The notes under the pieces: generated by a model
The model's database searches: none
Seen by the model: the letters and a program-made list of their open reading frames with translations, nothing else
Told to the model about the DNA's origin: nothing
Translations under genes and position numbers: made by a program
From: Eledone cirrhosa
Taxonomy: Eukaryota
Assembly (NCBI GenBank): GCA_964016885.1
Contig: OZ024762.1
Coordinates: forward strand, 1,302,001-1,366,000
Length of the DNA: 64,000 nt
Reading direction: 5' to 3'
In this document: one piece after another, positions 62,001-64,000 of the stretch
Position numbering within the stretch: the stretch's first letter is position 1
Layout of the letters: each line of letters opens with the position of its first letter

Positions 62001-64000
62001 GGCCAAGAAACTTGACAAAGAAAACCTCCCACAGCATGGCACCAAAGAACGACACGTGCAGCTGTTTAGTCACCTTTTTGCTCATAAAAGCAGCTTGTCT
62101 CTCATTGAATCTGATGTGTAGGTGGAACTTTCCATATTATTCAACTAAACTAATCCCCACGCACCCATCCCACCAAAGCCCCCAGCCCACACTATAAAGT
62201 GTGGCATCAGCACTCCCACTTTTACAGGATGTACTGGGTGCTTTTTGTTATGACACCAGCACTATCACCTTACTGGGCAGACTGGGTGCGTTTTGTTGTG
62301 GCACCTGCACTACCACATTGCAAGAGGGGCCCCAGCACTGCCACATTACTGGGTGCTTTTGTTGTGGCCCCATCACAACTACATTACTGGGTGCCTTTTG
62401 TTGTGGCCTCAGCACTACCACATTACAAGTGGGGTGGGGGTGGGTGTTTTTTGTCAGTTACAATAATATCGAATCCCTTTCTTCCATCAGGTTCAAGAGC
62501 TGCAATGTTCACCCTTCTATCATCCAGCTTGGGCTTTTATATTCACGAGGTTTAATATGTGGCTCAAACGCCCGTTGTATCAGCTTATTGCGAGCATTTC
62601 AACAGGTAAGTGTTACCTTTGATATTTGTACTCTTGTCTCCATCTCCTGTACTCTCTGGAGGAATTCAGACACCAGATTGTTAGGATAATACATTTAACC
62701 CTTTACCATTTACATTACTCTATATATACTATTGTATTTTCATAGTAAAGGCTTTATCTCACATAATACCTCACATAACATTTACATTACTCTATATATA
62801 CTATTGTATTTTCATAGTAAAGGCTTTACCTCATAGAAAAAATCTGAAAATTAATAAGGGGGTGAGGGTTGATTATTGAAGACCTGAGAGTAGGCCGTGT
62901 CTTTCATTAGAAATATGGTAATGAAAGGGTTAATGACATAGACAGTCTTTCATTAGAAATATGGTAATGAAAGGGTTAATGACATAGACAGTCTTTCATT
63001 AGAAATATGGTAATGAAAAGAGGCACATGGCTTAGTGGTTAGAGCATTGGGCTTGCAATCGAAAGGTTGGGAGTTCAATTCTCACACCAGGTGATGTGTT
63101 GTTTCCTTGAGCAAGACACTTTATTTCACATTGCTCCAGTTTACTCAGCTGTAGAAATGAGATGATAGGGACTGGGGTCCTTATCATTCCACTGCAAAGT
63201 GGTCGTGGAGGTGCCATGGCAAAATAGCACCCAGCCCACACTGTAAAGTGGATGTGTAGGTGCCACAGAAAAAAAAAGCACCCAGCACTCACTGTAAATG
63301 AGGTTGGTGTTAGAAAGGGCATCCAGCTGTAGAAATCAAGCCAGAATCAGTTCCCGTCCCACCCTTGCAAGCAGGGAAAAGCGGACGTAAAATGATGATG
63401 ATGATGATGAAAGGGTTAATGACATAGGCAGTGTCTTTCTTTAGAAATATGGTAATGAAAGGGTTAATGACATAGACAGTCTTTCATTAGAAATATGGTA
63501 ATGAAAGGGTTAATGACATAGACAGTCTTTCATTAGAAATATGGTAATGAAAGGGTTAAAGTTTTTTCCCCTCTACCTTTGCAGATTATTTATGAATATA
63601 CGACGCCACCACAGAAGGAATTAAGTCGAGATCTCGAGTACAAAATCAGACATAGCATCAAGTGAGATATTTTTATGTCCTTTTTTTCCTCTTCTCCCTC
63701 TTTCTCTCTCTCTATACATCACCACCACCACCATTATCATCATCATCTTACGTCTGCTTTCCCCCTTCTCTTCTCTCGCTTTATATATCATCATCATCAC
63801 TGTTTAACATCTATTTTTCCTTGCTTGCATGGGTTAGACAGGCCTAGCCATTTTGGCTGGGAGTTTTACAGCCAGATGCCCTAACACCAACCACATATGT
63901 ATGTATCTTTTTCTATCGTTATAGCTTTTTGAATACCTGCCGCCATCTTTCAGTGAGTATGAGGAACGCCATTCGATCTTTGAAGAGAAATATTTCACTC
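59020..64000 (+). CDS. EIF2B4: Translation initiation factor eIF2B subunit delta, 3' partial
   Basis: Exons 59020-59310, 60840-61025 (KSKAQITAERRMKQ), 61516-61576 (EAQRAAK), 61931-62117 (VQLFSHL), 62491-62605 (VHPSIIQLGLLYSRGLICGSNARCISLLRAFQQ), 63585-63661 (YTTPPQKELSRDL), 63925-64000 (FLNTCRHLSVSMRNAI). An in-frame TAA at 58990 supports ATG 59020 as start. Confidence 0.93.
59638..60222. repeat. 16-bp minisatellite
   Basis: (GAGTGTCAACACCACC)n with variants, ~36 units, in EIF2B4 intron. Confidence 0.93.
63021..63410 (+). mobile_element. SINE family A inserted within a minisatellite
   Basis: Full head, body and tail; the same 46-48-bp array continues on both sides. Confidence 0.85.

Overview
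Eukaryotic (metazoan) genomic DNA: AT-rich, dense in microsatellites and SINEs, with many small exons. The repeat landscape resembles a coleoid cephalopod such as octopus; this is an inference, not confirmed. Almost all ORFs in the supplied track are repeat artefacts. Joining GT-AG exons by hand in consistent reading phase gives four + strand genes: (1) the 3' ~1290 codons of an RNF17/TDRD4/Qin-like protein with five extended Tudor domains (305-21322); (2) an IL-17-receptor-like type I membrane protein with signal peptide, FnIII-like ectodomain, TM helix and divergent SEFIR-like tail (~29310-39749); (3) a complete TRMT11 (42213-53112, ~453 aa); (4) the 5' part of EIF2B4 (59020 to window end). 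Non-coding DNA holds two tRNA-derived SINE families, RTE/CR1/R4-type LINE fragments, a non-autonomous Helitron, several MITEs and many minisatellites. The most notable unexplained signals are a dispersed ~200-bp TA-embedded repeat carrying a minimal hammerhead-ribozyme motif (5 copies, plus two other hammerhead-like families), a 399-bp foldback MITE with a 6-bp TSD, long dsRNA hairpins in introns and a 3' UTR, a 10x CAG tandem splice acceptor, and tandemly duplicated splice sites. All coordinates were read by eye; no database searches were run.
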